A stretch of 64,000 nucleotides of DNA from NCBI GenBank assembly GCA_040954595.2, contig CM082587.2, positions 10,855,403 to 10,919,402 of the forward strand. The letters run 5' to 3'. Position numbers and translations under genes: made by a program. The number at the start of each line of letters is the position of its first letter. Positions within the stretch are counted from its first letter, which is position 1. The notes beneath the pieces are model-generated. The model saw only the letters and a program-made list of their open reading frames with translations. It did no database searches and was not told where the DNA came from. Positions 11,930 to 24,700 of the stretch are shown piece after piece. The stretch comes from Balanoglossus misakiensis. Taxonomy: Eukaryota > Animalia > Hemichordata.

Positions 11930-13690
11930 GTTTGCGAGTGGATGATTCTGCCCTGTCAACAGATCGACTAACAGGTCTGGGACTTGTTGGAGCAATAACG
12001 GATTTTGTATCAGAAGTGAAAGCAATCCGGATACCAGGGTTGAGTCGTCCACACTGGGGCCACCAGAACTATGCGTGCCTTGTCCTGATGAACTTTGTGC
12101 AGAATTCTTGGAAGAAGACAAAACGGAGGAAACACATAGCCTACCAGCTTGTTCCACTGAATGGAAAATGCGTCTATTCGCCACTCTTGTGGATCTGGTT
12201 TCCAAGAGACGTAACGAGGAAGCTGTGCATTCAGATGTGTCGCAAACAGGTCCACTTGCGGTATCCACTGTAACATCCGGAGGGCTTTCTGGAGCACAAC
12301 TGGGTTGAGCTGCCATTCCAGATTGTCGTTGAATTTTCGCGAAAGGTAATCCGCCTCTTAATTGATTCTCCCCGGCAGATGCACTGCTGATAGTATAATG
12401 TTGCGCTTCAGGCACCACAACCATAGACTGGCCGCCAACTCGCTCAGAGGCCAAGACCGAGTGCCTCCCTGACGGTTGATGTAAGACACTACTGATGTAT
12501 TGTCTCACTGGACTTCGACACAGATGTCCTGCAGATGACTTGCCGGACGCTCCAATCCTCTGCAAACTGCCAGCATCTCCAGCTGATTTATGTGGAGACT
12601 CTGGTTCCACTGTCCCTGTGCCGAGTTGTGCCCGCATACTGCTCCCCATCCTCTGATGGACGAATCTGTCTGAACTATCAGTTGCGGTGTATGTGGTAGT
12701 AGGGACTTGCCATTCCACGCATGAAGACATTCTACCCACCATCTCAACTCTGTCTTTGCTGCTCGAGAGAGACTCAATGGGGAATCGAAGCACCCTGTCA
12801 GAGCGAACACCTTCAGCTGATCTTTCTGAAGAGCCCGGTAATGAAGTGGCGCCACAGTTTTCGCCTCCAGAGCTGCTGTCATTCGCCCCAACACCTTTGC
12901 TAGGCAACGCACAGTGACCACTTCTTTTCCCAGCAACATTCTGATTGGAGTTTCTGTACCTTTTCCTGTGGGAAACTGATCGTCATGTCTATGGAGTTGA
13001 TCATCATACCCAAAAACTGAACTTGCTGTTTTGGTTGAAGTTTGGATTTTTCCCAATTTACGAGGAAACCTACACTCTGCAGAAGTTGCACAGCTGTCTC
13101 TACATTCGCTTGGCCAAACTTCCTGGATTCCCCCAGGATCAGGAGGTTGTCTATATAAATTACACATCAAATACCTTGGCGACGAAACTGAGCGACGACT
13201 GGCTTCAACATTTTCGTAAAAACTCGAGGAGCACTGGCAATGCCGAACGGCAGAACTGCAAATTCGAACATCGTCTCCTTCCAAATAAACCGAAGAAACT
13301 TTCTGTGATCTACAAAAATTGGGATAGTGAAATATGCATCCTTCAGGTCTACTGTGGCCATGAAGTCGCCTGGACGAAGTTGCGCCTTGACATGCTGAAG
13401 GCCCTCCATCTTGAAGTGCTGATAAGCAATGTGCCGATTGAGTGATTTCAGGTTGAAAACCGGGCGCCAACCTCCTGACACTTTGGGTACTAGAAATATT
13501 GTTGACACAAACTGACCTTGAACTGGTACCACTGGATGTATTGCCGCCTTTTGTAACAAAGACTGTATTTCTGTGTCGATCAAATCTACATGGCATGACT
13601 GAACAGCCGTAACTGGTAGATGCGACTGCACTGGTGTTGACACGAGTTCCAGCTTGTAACCTTGCACTGTTTCTAGTATCCATGGGTCTG
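11930..13690 (-). pseudogene. DIRS pol: RT, RNase H and DNA adenine-methylase-like domain, with stops and frameshifts
   Basis: RT motifs WRPVFNLK, VDLKDAYFTIPI and LPFGIASAPRVFTK, followed by GI*CVIYIDNLL. RNase H motifs QTDSSIRGWGA and HINQLEMLAV. MT motif VDLFATHLNAQL..DAFSIQW..YVFPPF. Confidence 0.92.
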
Positions 13691-13781
13691 AAGTTAGCTG
13701 CCGCCACTCTGGTGAAGAAATAAAGCTAGACGACCCCCTACCTGGGGATGAGTAAGTAACTGCTCTTGATGAGGGAAAACA

Positions 13782-15113
13782 TCACTGTTTTTTGCCACGA
13801 AAGGACTGACCAGCGCCATCAGTTCTCGCAAACTTGGGTGAAGAACCATACTGTATAAACTTGGAGTATTGAGACCGCTTACCATATCCACTTTGGCCAT
13901 ACCTGGACTTGTAGGTAGACATGGGGCGTTTGCGGAACTGGCCTGCTGCACTTCCAGTTGACCCTTGACCCCTAGAGGTCATATCAACCACAACGTTATG
14001 GGCCTGCTTTGCCTTCTTTGCCTCCTTCAGTGGCTCATCTCCAAATAATGTAGCCATGGATGGTTCCAATTTCTTCAAAGAAGCATACATATTTGGAAGC
14101 ACAGATTCAAAGGCCTTCTGTCTTGCTATCTGTAGACCACGAAAAGCACTACCGAACAGAGTAATACTAAGTTGAATGGTAGTTAGAAGAATTTGTGGAT
14201 CAATTGACACCATCATGAGCCGTCTGCAAAATTTCCAACAACGGAAGTTGCGACAACAATAAATTATCAGCAGCTTTCCGAATTCTATGGTCCTGCTGCA
14301 TCATAGGTTTAGTAACTGGTTGCTTCTCCCAATGAGTAGCCAGATTTTCAGGCAGAGCAGGAGATAAGAATAATTTCTCATGTTTTGAAGACACTTCATA
14401 ACGTTCCTTCATTTCCTTTTTGTCATCTGCACTCAGAGCATTTGTACGTTGCTGTATAAACCAAGACCGGACCGACTTGGAAAACTCCACACCAGTATTT
14501 CTGTCATGTGGGTTATCAAACTCACAATCTGAACTTCCAGTAGAAGAAGAATTGCCTGATGAAACTGGTGACGCCTTAGACTTATTGTCTTTCTTCTTAC
14601 CTTTCTTTCTTCTGGATTTCTCTTTCCGAAACGATGAACGGCGATGAGGTGGTGACTCGACATCCGAAGAGTCGTCTGAATCCACATCCAGTAGGAAATT
14701 AACACGACCAGCGTGTTTATCCTGTGCACGAACGTCTCGAAGAGACTCAGGGGCCACAGAAACTGGGCCTTGGCGACAGGTACAGTCACTCAATGGAGGA
14801 AGCACCTCGTGTGCACCCGAAGGACCTGCTACCCCAATGCAAGCAAGGGGAATGCCATCCGCTGCGTTCGCTTCCAGGTCCATTTCACTGGTACGGCGAC
14901 CATCTCTGGCAGGACCTAACCATTTCTTCTGATTTTCAGTCAACTGTTGGACGGACTTGGCCAGGCCTGACACCATCTCCGTAAGGACCTGAGACTACGG
15001 AACAGAAGAACGATTTGCTGTCCCACTATGCTGGCCTGGTGTAACATTCACAGAGTCATTAGCACTCATGTCTGCAGAACTATCTTCGACAACGGCAGCA
15101 AGCAAGTCAGTCA
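13782..15113 (-). pseudogene. DIRS gag-like ORF1, broken into pieces
   Basis: Consecutive minus-strand ORFs (14995-15113, 14200-14976, 13782-14216) upstream of RT, ending with TLFGDE and a basic/Gly-rich tail as in DIRS ORF1. Confidence 0.65.
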
Positions 15114-15643
15114 TGGTTCTGCAAGAACACAGAAGCATGCCTACACTAAAACGTATTAGACAAAAATAGCAAGAAAAAATTCTCAACATTTCACCACACA
15201 TGTGCTCCACAAATCCAAAATGGTTGACACATGTGTATGAAAACTGACAAAGGAAAAAAAATACATCCATCAAAAAGCTGAACAGGAAAATATACAACGT
15301 CCAAGGCAAAAATTGGGATAACATATCGGTCTAAAAATGAAATACAAACACCTACCTGTGTTTAAAACACTCACCAACGCTCCCAGAAAAACCCAGGAGC
15401 TTCAGGAACTGTGCTACTCACTTGAAGCCGAGAGGAAAAGATGGTGGCTCGTCCGTAAGGCAGGTGTATATGGGATATTATTTAAATATTCATGTCATAG
15501 GTTATAAGTTATTTCTTTGAAAGGGATGTGTCCACTCCGAGGTCAAGGGAAGACAGCTACTTCAATTCGGTTCGTTCCTTCAGGATGTGAGAATAATCGC
15601 CACAGGCACAGTCAACGAGCTTGAACTACTCACAGAAACTTAA

Positions 15644-17408
15644 CCGCATGGCGAAGACGAGCTCCCAGACCACTTGAGGGAATTGTCAGAAAAATCAGCA
15701 GCCAATCTGACGGAGAAACAGTCCCATGAAATGAAAGAGCTACTAATCGAGTTCCAGGATGTCTTTGCTGCAAATGAATATGACCTGGGGAACTTCACAG
15801 CCCTTGCGCACAGTATCGATACAGGGGACGCGCGACCAGTGAAGCAGAGGATGCGCCGAACCCCACTACGCTTCGCGGGGGAGGAGGAGACCCACCTCAA
15901 GAAAATGCTGCGGTCAGGGGTAATCCAACCTTCAACATCAGAATGGGCTTCGGCACCAGTATTGGTAAGGAAGAGGGACGGGACAGTCCGCTGGTGCGTC
16001 GACTATCAGTCGCTGAACAATGTGATCGGAAAAGACGTATTCCCCTTGCCGCTGATAGAGGACTGCATGGACACGCTGGCCGGGAACGAGTGGTTCTCGA
16101 AACTAGATGCCAATTCAGCGTACTGGCAAATACAAGTGGACAAAGAGGGCCGCAAGAAGACTGCCTTTACCACAAAGTACGGGCTGTATGAATTCGCCCG
16201 TATGCCCTTCGCCCTGTGCAACACCACTGCCACATACTCGCGAGCCATGAATCTGGTGCTGCGTGGGCTGACATGGGAGGTAGTACTAGCATTTTTAGAC
16301 GACATCATGGTACTTGGGGCGGACTTTGCAAACCATCTCCAGAATCTGCGAGACGTGTTCACCCGGATCCGGGAATACAGGTTGAAACTACGCCCCCGCA
16401 AGTGTGAACTGTTTCAGACAGAGGTGGAGTTCCTGGGGCGGATTGTCCGCAAAGGAACCATAGGACAGGACCCGCGTTCCGTTGACGTGGTACGCAACTG
16501 GCCGACACCAAAAAACACCAAGGAGGTGGAACTTTTCGCAGGGTAAGCCAATTAACACCGCTCGTTTATAAAGGATCATGCCAAGTTGGCCGCCCGCTGT
16601 ACGCAGTTACGGGAAAAAGCCTTTCAAGCGGGGCGGAGAGCAACGGCTGGCCTTCGAGGCGCTAAAAGATTGCTTAACATCGGCGCCGGTACTCACGTTA
16701 CCGAACCCAAAAGACCTGTTCACATTGGACACGGACGCATCGGACATTGCCGTGGGAGCGGAACTTCTCCAGGTGCAGGATGGAGAAGAACGAGTGAGCG
16801 CATACGCCAGCTTCGCATTAACACCCGAACAAACAAGGTACTGCACGACCCGAAAAGAACTCCTAGCAGTAGTACGATTTACCCGGTTATTCCGACACTA
16901 CTTGCTGGGGAACCATTTCATAACACGGACGGACCACAGCAGTCTGGCCTGGCTGCTGAGGTTTAAAGCGCCCCAAGGACAATTGGCCCGGTGGTTGGAA
17001 GAACTTAGCCAGTACAACATGACGGTTCAGCATAGGCCGGGGAACAAACACCTCAACGCGGATGCCCTATCCAGAATTGAACCGCAGGGACACTACCGCC
17101 ACAGCGTTACGCCGGACGAACTTCCCTGCGGCGGATGTGACTATTGCCAACGAGCGCACAGAAATTGGGGAGACTTCGTCACCGGGGTAGACGAAGTAAT
17201 ACCGTTAGCCTCACAACCATCCAATGACATTAGGCAAGACGTCTGCACGGTAAACTTAGGCAGCGAAGAAGACGAAGCGAGTGACCACCTCGCAGACCCC
17301 CCAGAGGACCCAGGAGAAGGATTCGATTTCGACGAAATACTAAAGTCAATCGGAATAGACTCCATGGGAGAGGACACCTCCTTCAGTGAAGATACACAGG
17401 CGGAATAG
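15644..17408 (+). pseudogene. Gypsy reverse transcriptase and RNase H (frameshift near 16545-16580)
   Basis: RT motifs WASAPVLVRKRDG, CVDYQSLN, SKLDANSAYWQ, MPFALCN and FLDD. RNase H motifs LDTDASD, KELLAVV, RTDHSSL and NADALSR. Confidence 0.93.
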
Positions 17409-17429
17409 GAGGACCCCAAGGTATGCACG

Positions 17430-18920
17430 GTGACCAGGAGCAGCTCGCCAGAGACCGACACGCCGTGGCGAGAAACCTCGGAAACGATACACCGGCAACA
17501 GCAGGAGGATGCCGATCTACGGCCGATACTGGAATGGCTGGATACTGGTCAAACCCCCGCGGAAAGCGCATTGGACCTACTCAGCACCGCCGCAAAACAT
17601 GCCTGGATAAACCGCGAGATATATTATGTGGACCGGAAGATGCCAGTACTCCGGAGGAAATCCGAGGATGGGGGCGAAGGAAAACTGGTCATCCCCAGAA
17701 CAATGATATCGGAAGTAATTGAACTGAACCATGCGATCCCCTCAGCGGGACATCAGGGCGTGCAACGGACGCTGGCCAGACTCCAAATGAAGTACCACTG
17801 GCATCGGATGGCAGATGATGTACGCAGCTACGTAGCCTCGTGCCACGACTGCAACAAGCACAAGAAACCACAGCGACATGCGAGGTGCCCTCTGACCCGA
17901 TACCACGTGGGATCACCTATGGAAAGGGTACATCTGGACTTCCTTGGACCACTGCCCCGGACACCCCGAAAAAACGAATATATCCTAGTCATGGTCGACC
18001 AATTCACCAAGTGGGTAGAGTGCATTCCACTGCCTACCCAAACGGCAGAGGCAACCGCTAAGGCAGCTGTAGGGGAATTCTTTTCTCGATTCGGATGGCC
18101 ATTCGAGATATTCACAGATAGAGGCAGTAATTTCGAAAGTCAGCTGTTCCGCGAACAGCCAGATGGAGCGGCAAAACCGGACCCTCATGGATGCAAACAG
18201 AACGAGTGGGACAAATTCCTACCCCAAATCGCCGGAGCCATTCGGACCTCCGTAAACAGAAATACTGGATTCACACCTAATCGCCTTATGCTGGGGCGGG
18301 AAGTGAACCAACCGGCCGACCTGGTCTTCGGGAAACCAACGCCAGCCCAAGACCATGAAGAATATGTGAGCAGCCTGGGGAGCGCCATCAAAGAAGCCCA
18401 TGACCTCGCTCAGGAAAAACTGCAGGTCACCCAGGAAAGAATGAAGCGGGACTACGACTTGAAGGCCCGACTCCGTTCATATGAAGTCGTAGATCCCGTC
18501 TACCTTCTGGACTCAGTGACGGTGAGAGGGAAATGTAAAAAACTGAGCCCCCCATGGAAAGGACCAGGAATAGTGATAGCGAAATTATCGCCATATTTGT
18601 ACCGAGTGAAACTTCCGAGACGCATCGCCACCGCGACCCACGACAGAATAAGGTTGTGTAGGGAAGCGCAACTGCCCAGCTGGATAGTTAAATTCAAGAG
18701 GTCACTGCCCCTAAAGGGTGGGGATCCTGATCCGCAGGACAAAAACCGGGAACAGACCTACTGTATCTGCCGTGGGCCGGACACAGAGAAGCTGATGGTC
18801 CAGTGTGACAGCTGTTACGACTGGTTCCACAGCACATGCGTCAATCTCACCCAAAAGCAGGTCAACTCGACTGATCCCTTCCACTGTCCGAACTGCGAGG
18901 GGGAGGGGATCGACGATTAA
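17430..18920 (+). pseudogene. Gypsy integrase with HHCC, damaged DDE core, GPY/F-like module and C-terminal PHD finger
   Basis: H..GHQG..CHDC, VHLDFLGPL, FTDRGSNFES, PPWKGPG. The C-terminal YCICRGPD..MVQCDSCYDWFHSTCV..FHCPNC is a C4HC3 PHD. The core is shortened around 18150-18195. Confidence 0.9.
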
Positions 18921-19025
18921 GGGAACACAGGGAAAAGGGGAAAATGCCATCGGGTAGGGCTATGACTCGTCACAGGCGAGGACCCACTAACCGTTAATTT
19001 TCTTTTTTTTCTTTTTGTCCCAAGA

Positions 19026-20126
19026 ATGGATTCCAGACAACTCGAATTAGAGGAGATATGCTATCGCTGCGGCCGAGGGAAACTGTTGGACCCCATCAGT
19101 GTCATCCCCCGACTGAGGCAACTTGGTGTAGACGAGGATACAATGTTCCTGATGCTCCGTGAGAACTGTCAAGTAGCCACGGTTCTAGGCGACATAGGAT
19201 GGATGTCCACGGTACGGGAGGAGGCCATGCATGTATACGGGAAGGAAAAGACCGAAGCCAACCTGCCCGTACCATCCGACGCAGCCATAAAAACCTGCAC
19301 ACTACCTCGGGAGTTCAATCCAGGCCGCGTACGTGGGGGATTCGTTGGCCATATCTCCCCGCAAGAGCCCACAAGAACCACCACCGCAGCTGACGACCTG
19401 GAGGAAACTTTGAGCATCTTCCGGGATCCGCAGCTGGAAAAACAGGTACTCGGTGGCGACAAGGACCAGGCGATGGAGGTGTCGGAAGGGCCAGACCCAC
19501 CCCGCACCCGTGTATCACCCCCAATAGCAGTAGCGAGAGACGGGGGAAACCAACGGCTGCTGCAGGAGCCATCACCCCCACGCCAAGAAACGCTGCCGCT
19601 GCAGTCACTGATCAACCCATTGGAGCTGGAAGCGACGTTGGAGGCGGGGGAATATCTAATCCCCTGGGAACTTCGACGCCACCCCGGCAGCCCAACTAGG
19701 TCCAGATCCCCAACCCGGTCGCCGCGACCGGAGCGTTCTCGAGAGGAAAGGCGGGACCGCCCACCTTCCCGTGAACGACCATCCTTGTCACGCTGGGGAG
19801 ATCTCAGCCCCAGACGTCGATCACCGATCCGGTATCCGACGCTGGAACCGCCCAAAGAAGACGAACGCCGCTGGAGGAGCGCCAGGCCGGCCCGAAGGAG
19901 CCCCCTATCCTCTGTTCCACATTACTCATCAGGCCCTTCTCCATGTCCGTTCCCGGGATGCCGGAGGTCCACGCGCAAACTGAAGAAACACGCCTTTCAG
20001 TGCCACCTTCCAGTTATTTTTACTGAGAAGCCGGAAGTATTCCGCGAGCGGGACGCGGTGGAGGCGTTAGAGAAACTCACCTATACTGGCTGTGTGGTCC
20101 AGGAAATGAAATACCCGACCTGCTAG
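19026..20126 (+). CDS. Additional Gypsy-associated ORF downstream of pol (RS/Pro-rich region and C2H2-like motif), probably frameshifted and truncated
   Basis: 366-aa ATG-initiated ORF with the same composition as pol. It contains CPFPGC..KKHAFQCH. Coding-like sequence continues in another frame to ~20355. Confidence 0.6.
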   Translation: MDSRQLELEEICYRCGRGKLLDPISVIPRLRQLGVDEDTMFLMLRENCQVATVLGDIGWMSTVREEAMHVYGKEKTEANLPVPSDAAIKTCTLPREFNPGRVRGGFVGHISPQEPTRTTTAADDLEETLSIFRDPQLEKQVLGGDKDQAMEVSEGPDPPRTRVSPPIAVARDGGNQRLLQEPSPPRQETLPLQSLINPLELEATLEAGEYLIPWELRRHPGSPTRSRSPTRSPRPERSREERRDRPPSRERPSLSRWGDLSPRRRSPIRYPTLEPPKEDERRWRSARPARRSPLSSVPHYSSGPSPCPFPGCRRSTRKLKKHAFQCHLPVIFTEKPEVFRERDAVEALEKLTYTGCVVQEMKYPTC

Positions 20127-21715
20127 ACTTCTTTATCCGCAGGGGCGGACCTGGACGGATCCCTACGGAATCCTTTTGTTCACCGGAGTCCATGGTGATG
20201 ATGAAGCGCCTGTGCGTCTTCCAGGGGTGGGAGGAGCCGAGCGAGGACGCGCCAGGGGTTTTTGATGCATTTTTTATCCCCCAAGCGTGCGCAGAGGAGT
20301 GCCGAGTGGAAGACGCGCCCACCACCATAGATGACCTCACTGACTACGATGTTGGTGTCCCCCCCTCCCCCCCCGCATGTTTAAAGGTTTCTATAGAAAA
20401 GCATTGTTGAGGTTCACAAAACTTTGAAGAAGCTTTGCAACCCTAACTTTGGCCAAAGATTTGAATGTTAAGGTTTCACAAACGTAGTTACATCTGAGGT
20501 TCAACTAAGACTAGTATAAGAGGCTTCAGCACGCCAAGTCTTGTAGCAAGCTTCAACACAAAGCTTTGTTGCAACATTGTTCCAAGCATTGTCAAAGGTA
20601 CTGCACAATGTGTAGTGCTATATTGTCAGCTGAATGGTTTGAGCCATTTGTCCCTACAACAACAACTGTTAAAGACACACAGCTTGAAATTGTAAAATGT
20701 TGCAAAATCAAACGATCACATCCTTACACCTATTATTAGAACCAGAAGTTGAGTCAAAATTTTCCTACCTAGAAATTTTCTTTCCTATGAAGTTTTTTGC
20801 TTATTGGCATTCATATGGGAGCCTAGACCTATTCCAGCTGAGTTGCCAAAATGGCAATGATGGACAATTCTTCTAATATGCATGATCAAAAATGGCCGCC
20901 AAATACCTTCTCTAAAATAAAACTTGGCCCTTTTTTCTCAAAATTATGTGTAATATCTAAAATTTCAGGATTTGCATCCATATTGGTTATGTATTGCAAG
21001 TATGGCAGTGTTTGGCAACTTTTCTATTTTGCATAATCAAAAATGGCCGCCAATCACCACTAAAAGTGAAATTTTGCCATGTTTCCCAAAATGATGCGCA
21101 ATATCGTATTTTCAGGATTAGCACATTCATATGGGTACCTTTAACAATACAACTGTTTTGCAAATTTGGCAGTGTTACCGTACTAATCATGAAGCAAGGA
21201 AGTGCAACCTCTGTATCCCAAATATATGTCTATCCCCACTGATAGGAGTCACAAAGAGCCAGCCCCTCTGCATCATCCTGTTCCTCAATCTCACGATGGG
21301 AATCCTTTTCAGAATTCCAACCTCAAAACATCCAGGGATTCACCATCATTCACCACACCCTCGTCAGTATCCACCATGTTTAGATCCAATGCCTGAACAT
21401 GTTGTCTCTTTATCTATGGATTGCGTTAAAGGACAGTGGGAGTTTCATCTCCTTTTTTTGCAATTTTGACCATTTTTATCTGGTGCATAATGCTAGAGTA
21501 CATATCATCCATACAGGATGATGCATGTACAGTGATGGGAAATGTATCAATCCACTCCTGCACTAGATTTGCATACAGTGCCATACCTTTTAGGGCTATT
21601 TTCTTGACCCTTTTGATAGTCTGCTGGCCAAAAGTGGCTGGCCAAAGTGGCCAGCAGAGACATTCTTCCAATACCCTTCATAGTGCCAACAGACAAGGCT
21701 TGGATATACAACCTG

Positions 21716-24700
21716 TGTTGCTTGTAAGGCACACATCTCCAATTGGTACATTGGGCCAATTATACTGTACATGTACAGCTAGGAAAAAAATATCCTTCAT
21801 CATAGTTTGCATGGTCAGCAGCTTCAATAACTTGTTGCCTTTTCTTACTGAACATTTAGACTTATAAAGAAGTATAACAAGAATAAAGTTGTCCAATTAG
21901 TGTTGGCAGGGGGGTGGGGGATGTGTTCTCCCATACAAAGGTGTATAGGTATGTAGTCTTTAAGTAAAACTTGGGGTAAATGACCAGAAAATTTGACTTA
22001 TAATCCAACTAGGTCAGATTTTGGGCATTTACACGTGTTGATGTTATCGACTGGGGCGACAGACTACCATCCGAAAAATTTTGAAGTACCCCCACCCCCC
22101 CTCGGGTGCCGGCCAGTGGGATGGAGGTGATAGAAACTGTTGCAGATACAATAGAGGCCTACAACCTGAAAACCTTCTGGCTTTAACCGAAGACTTGCCA
22201 TTAAAGATACCTGTAGGCCCCTATATGCTGCTCCCACATACACTCCCAGTCCTAAACCTTGCATCTGATTTGTGGTGCAGATGAAGAATTAAGATTGGCT
22301 TGACAATTAGCACACTTAATTGCCTGTTATGAGATATAATACATACAATCATGGGACAAGAATGGCAAAAAAAAAAGTTAAATTATCCAGCAGGTGTTTG
22401 AATTATGCAAATTAGAGCAGTTGTCTAATATTGCCATGTCAACCATGTTGAAATTGTTTTAGGTACCCATGTTAATGGAAACCCTGCAAATTCGATATTA
22501 CACACCATTTAAGACAAATATGGGAAATTAACATGTTAGAGAAATTTTGCGGCCATTTTGGATTATGCAAATTAGAACAGTTGTCTAATATTGCCATGTC
22601 AACCATGTTGAAATTGTTTTAGGTACCCAGGAGAGTTGAATGAAAATGCCATTTGCAATGCAGTTGTCTTGTTTTGGGTGCCCATATTAAGGCATTCTTG
22701 AAAACGAAACATTATTCATCATTTTGACGCAAACAGAAAAGGTGTTCAAATGCAAATTAGAAGAGTTGCCCAACCCTGCCATATTTGCAATACAGTTGTA
22801 GTGACTGTCAACTCGACTACAGACAGTCTCGATGAACACAAGACATGATCTCAATTTGCAAGCTGAGTTGAAACTGACTGCTGCAGTAACTTAGCTGTGG
22901 GAATGTCTTGTGTGATTTAAAACAATGATGACCAAATTTAACACAGTTTCTCTGAGGTAACCATTTAGCTTTCGTGACTAAGTTTGTTTAAGAATCCTTT
23001 ATTCTACCCAAGGAACAAATTTCCTTAGAATTTCACAACTGAGACACAGTTTACAGATATACAAAAAGTGCGTACTACAAACATAAGAAATTGTTTGCAT
23101 TTTTTTTCTGATGGCAATGCATTTGACTGTAAACAGACATTGACGTCCTTTAGTAAGGGACTGTTCAGTTTTGGTGGAGGGGGGGGGGCAAAAGTTTGTG
23201 TCATTGGTTTTCAAAATCAGGCCGACACCCCCTTCAACCAGGACCAAAAAAATGATGACCCCCCCCCCCCCCCTTTGACAGGACCAAAATATGATGACCC
23301 TCCTCCCACCCCGAAAACATTCGCCATCCTTATCTTATGTACACTAGGTAAAGGGTCTCCTCACACCTCAATTCTAAATTTCTTAAAGAAATTTATAATT
23401 TGAAGTGTATAATAGTATAGCGTTGCAATAAAGAAGTCTATGGATAAATTAAAAGGACACGTCAATACAATAGTTGGTAGAATTGGTAAAACAAGAAAAG
23501 TGGAAGGGGTGGGTGTACGTAGGACAATTTTGTAAAATACAATTAATGCATTTTAATGAACTCAAAGGCAAATTAACTTAATGTTGGGGAGGACAAATTT
23601 GACTTTTGCCACTCAAAGTTAACATCAGTTGGGGTGGGATGGCAAGTATTCTGCCCTGGTACACTATATGTGGCAAAGTAAGGGGATGGGTGTGGGAGGG
23701 GATGTCCCCCTTCCACATAAGAAAACTTTGTAAAATATGTAGCTCAAAGTTGCATTTTAATGAAGTCAAAAGCAAATTATCTCAATGTTTGAAAGGACCA
23801 ATTTTACTGTTGCCACTCCACTCAAAGTTAGCATCGGTGGGTACATGTATATGACCTCCCCCCTAAACGTTTGAAAAAAAGATGACTCCCTCTTTTGGAT
23901 TTCAAAATTTAAGTGACCCCCTGGATTTTGCCAGCCTCCCCCACCGTAAAAACTGAATGGTCCCTAAGCGCTATTTTGTCAGTGAAATGGCTCCATTATT
24001 ATCCCTCCAACCATAGTTGAAACGGAGTTAAATATGTACAGCTTGAAATCATAAAATGTTGCAAAATTGAACCAAGAGTTTGGTCAATGATCAAGTTCTT
24101 ACAGCTATTACTAGAACCATACAGTCTCAGCGAACAAGAGACATTGGTCCGATTTGCAAGCCGAGTTGGAACTGACTTTGCCTGCACACAGATGTGCCAA
24201 TTTCAGCGAATCTTATCGTATTTAAAAATGAATATGGAGAATTGTTATCTGTGTTCCTATTGCTAGCCTACATACATGTAGCTGTTGTCATTCTAGTGTT
24301 TTTTTTCTGTATACCAAAATTGTCTGGACGATGAGCATGCAGAATTTTTCTGATGCTTCTTACTGGCAGAAGGACCACCAGTTGCAGATTTTCATTTCTA
24401 CGGCACAAGGGAATTTTATACTTTGCGTGCAAATATAAATCCTGTTAAATTCTATATATTCTTTATTGGGGATTCAAAAGCATAATAATTGATAGTGTTA
24501 GTACCTCTATTCCAAAAAAGAATGCTGTGAGTGTGCGTGTGATTGTGATCAATATCGTAGTTTCAAAATTTGCAGTGTGCCAGTTCAATACATAGCATAA
24601 CAATGGTAAAGCACATGTGTGAATTTCGTGAAATTGGGGAGTGTATCTTACACGGCCATGGCTATCACATTTGCACATGATGGCTTACATTAAAATGTGT

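Larger units (their letters stand above)
10528..15597 (-). mobile_element. Full-length DIRS1-like tyrosine-recombinase retrotransposon (decayed)
   Basis: Inverted terminal repeats at ~10572-10730 and ~15437-15596. An internal complementary region at ~10789-10888 mirrors both ends joined together. AAT is present at both junctions. Gene order on the minus strand is gag, RT, RNase H, MT, YR. Confidence 0.93.
9978..20355 (+). mobile_element. Ty3/Gypsy retrotransposon internal region (no LTRs or gag seen), split by a DIRS element
   Basis: Order is protease C-terminal half, RT, RNase H, integrase, PHD, extra ORF. The sequence rejoins across the DIRS insertion as GACATTGAAAAT|CGCCAC. Confidence 0.88.

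Noticed and set aside
11738-13707. 389-aa and 400-aa ORFs as independent genes
   Set aside because: They are overlapping frames of the frameshifted DIRS pol/YR region; only parts carry real motifs.
20356-21715. Possible Gypsy 3' LTR
   Set aside because: No matching copy upstream of the Gypsy body, and no clear polypurine tract or TG..CA boundaries.
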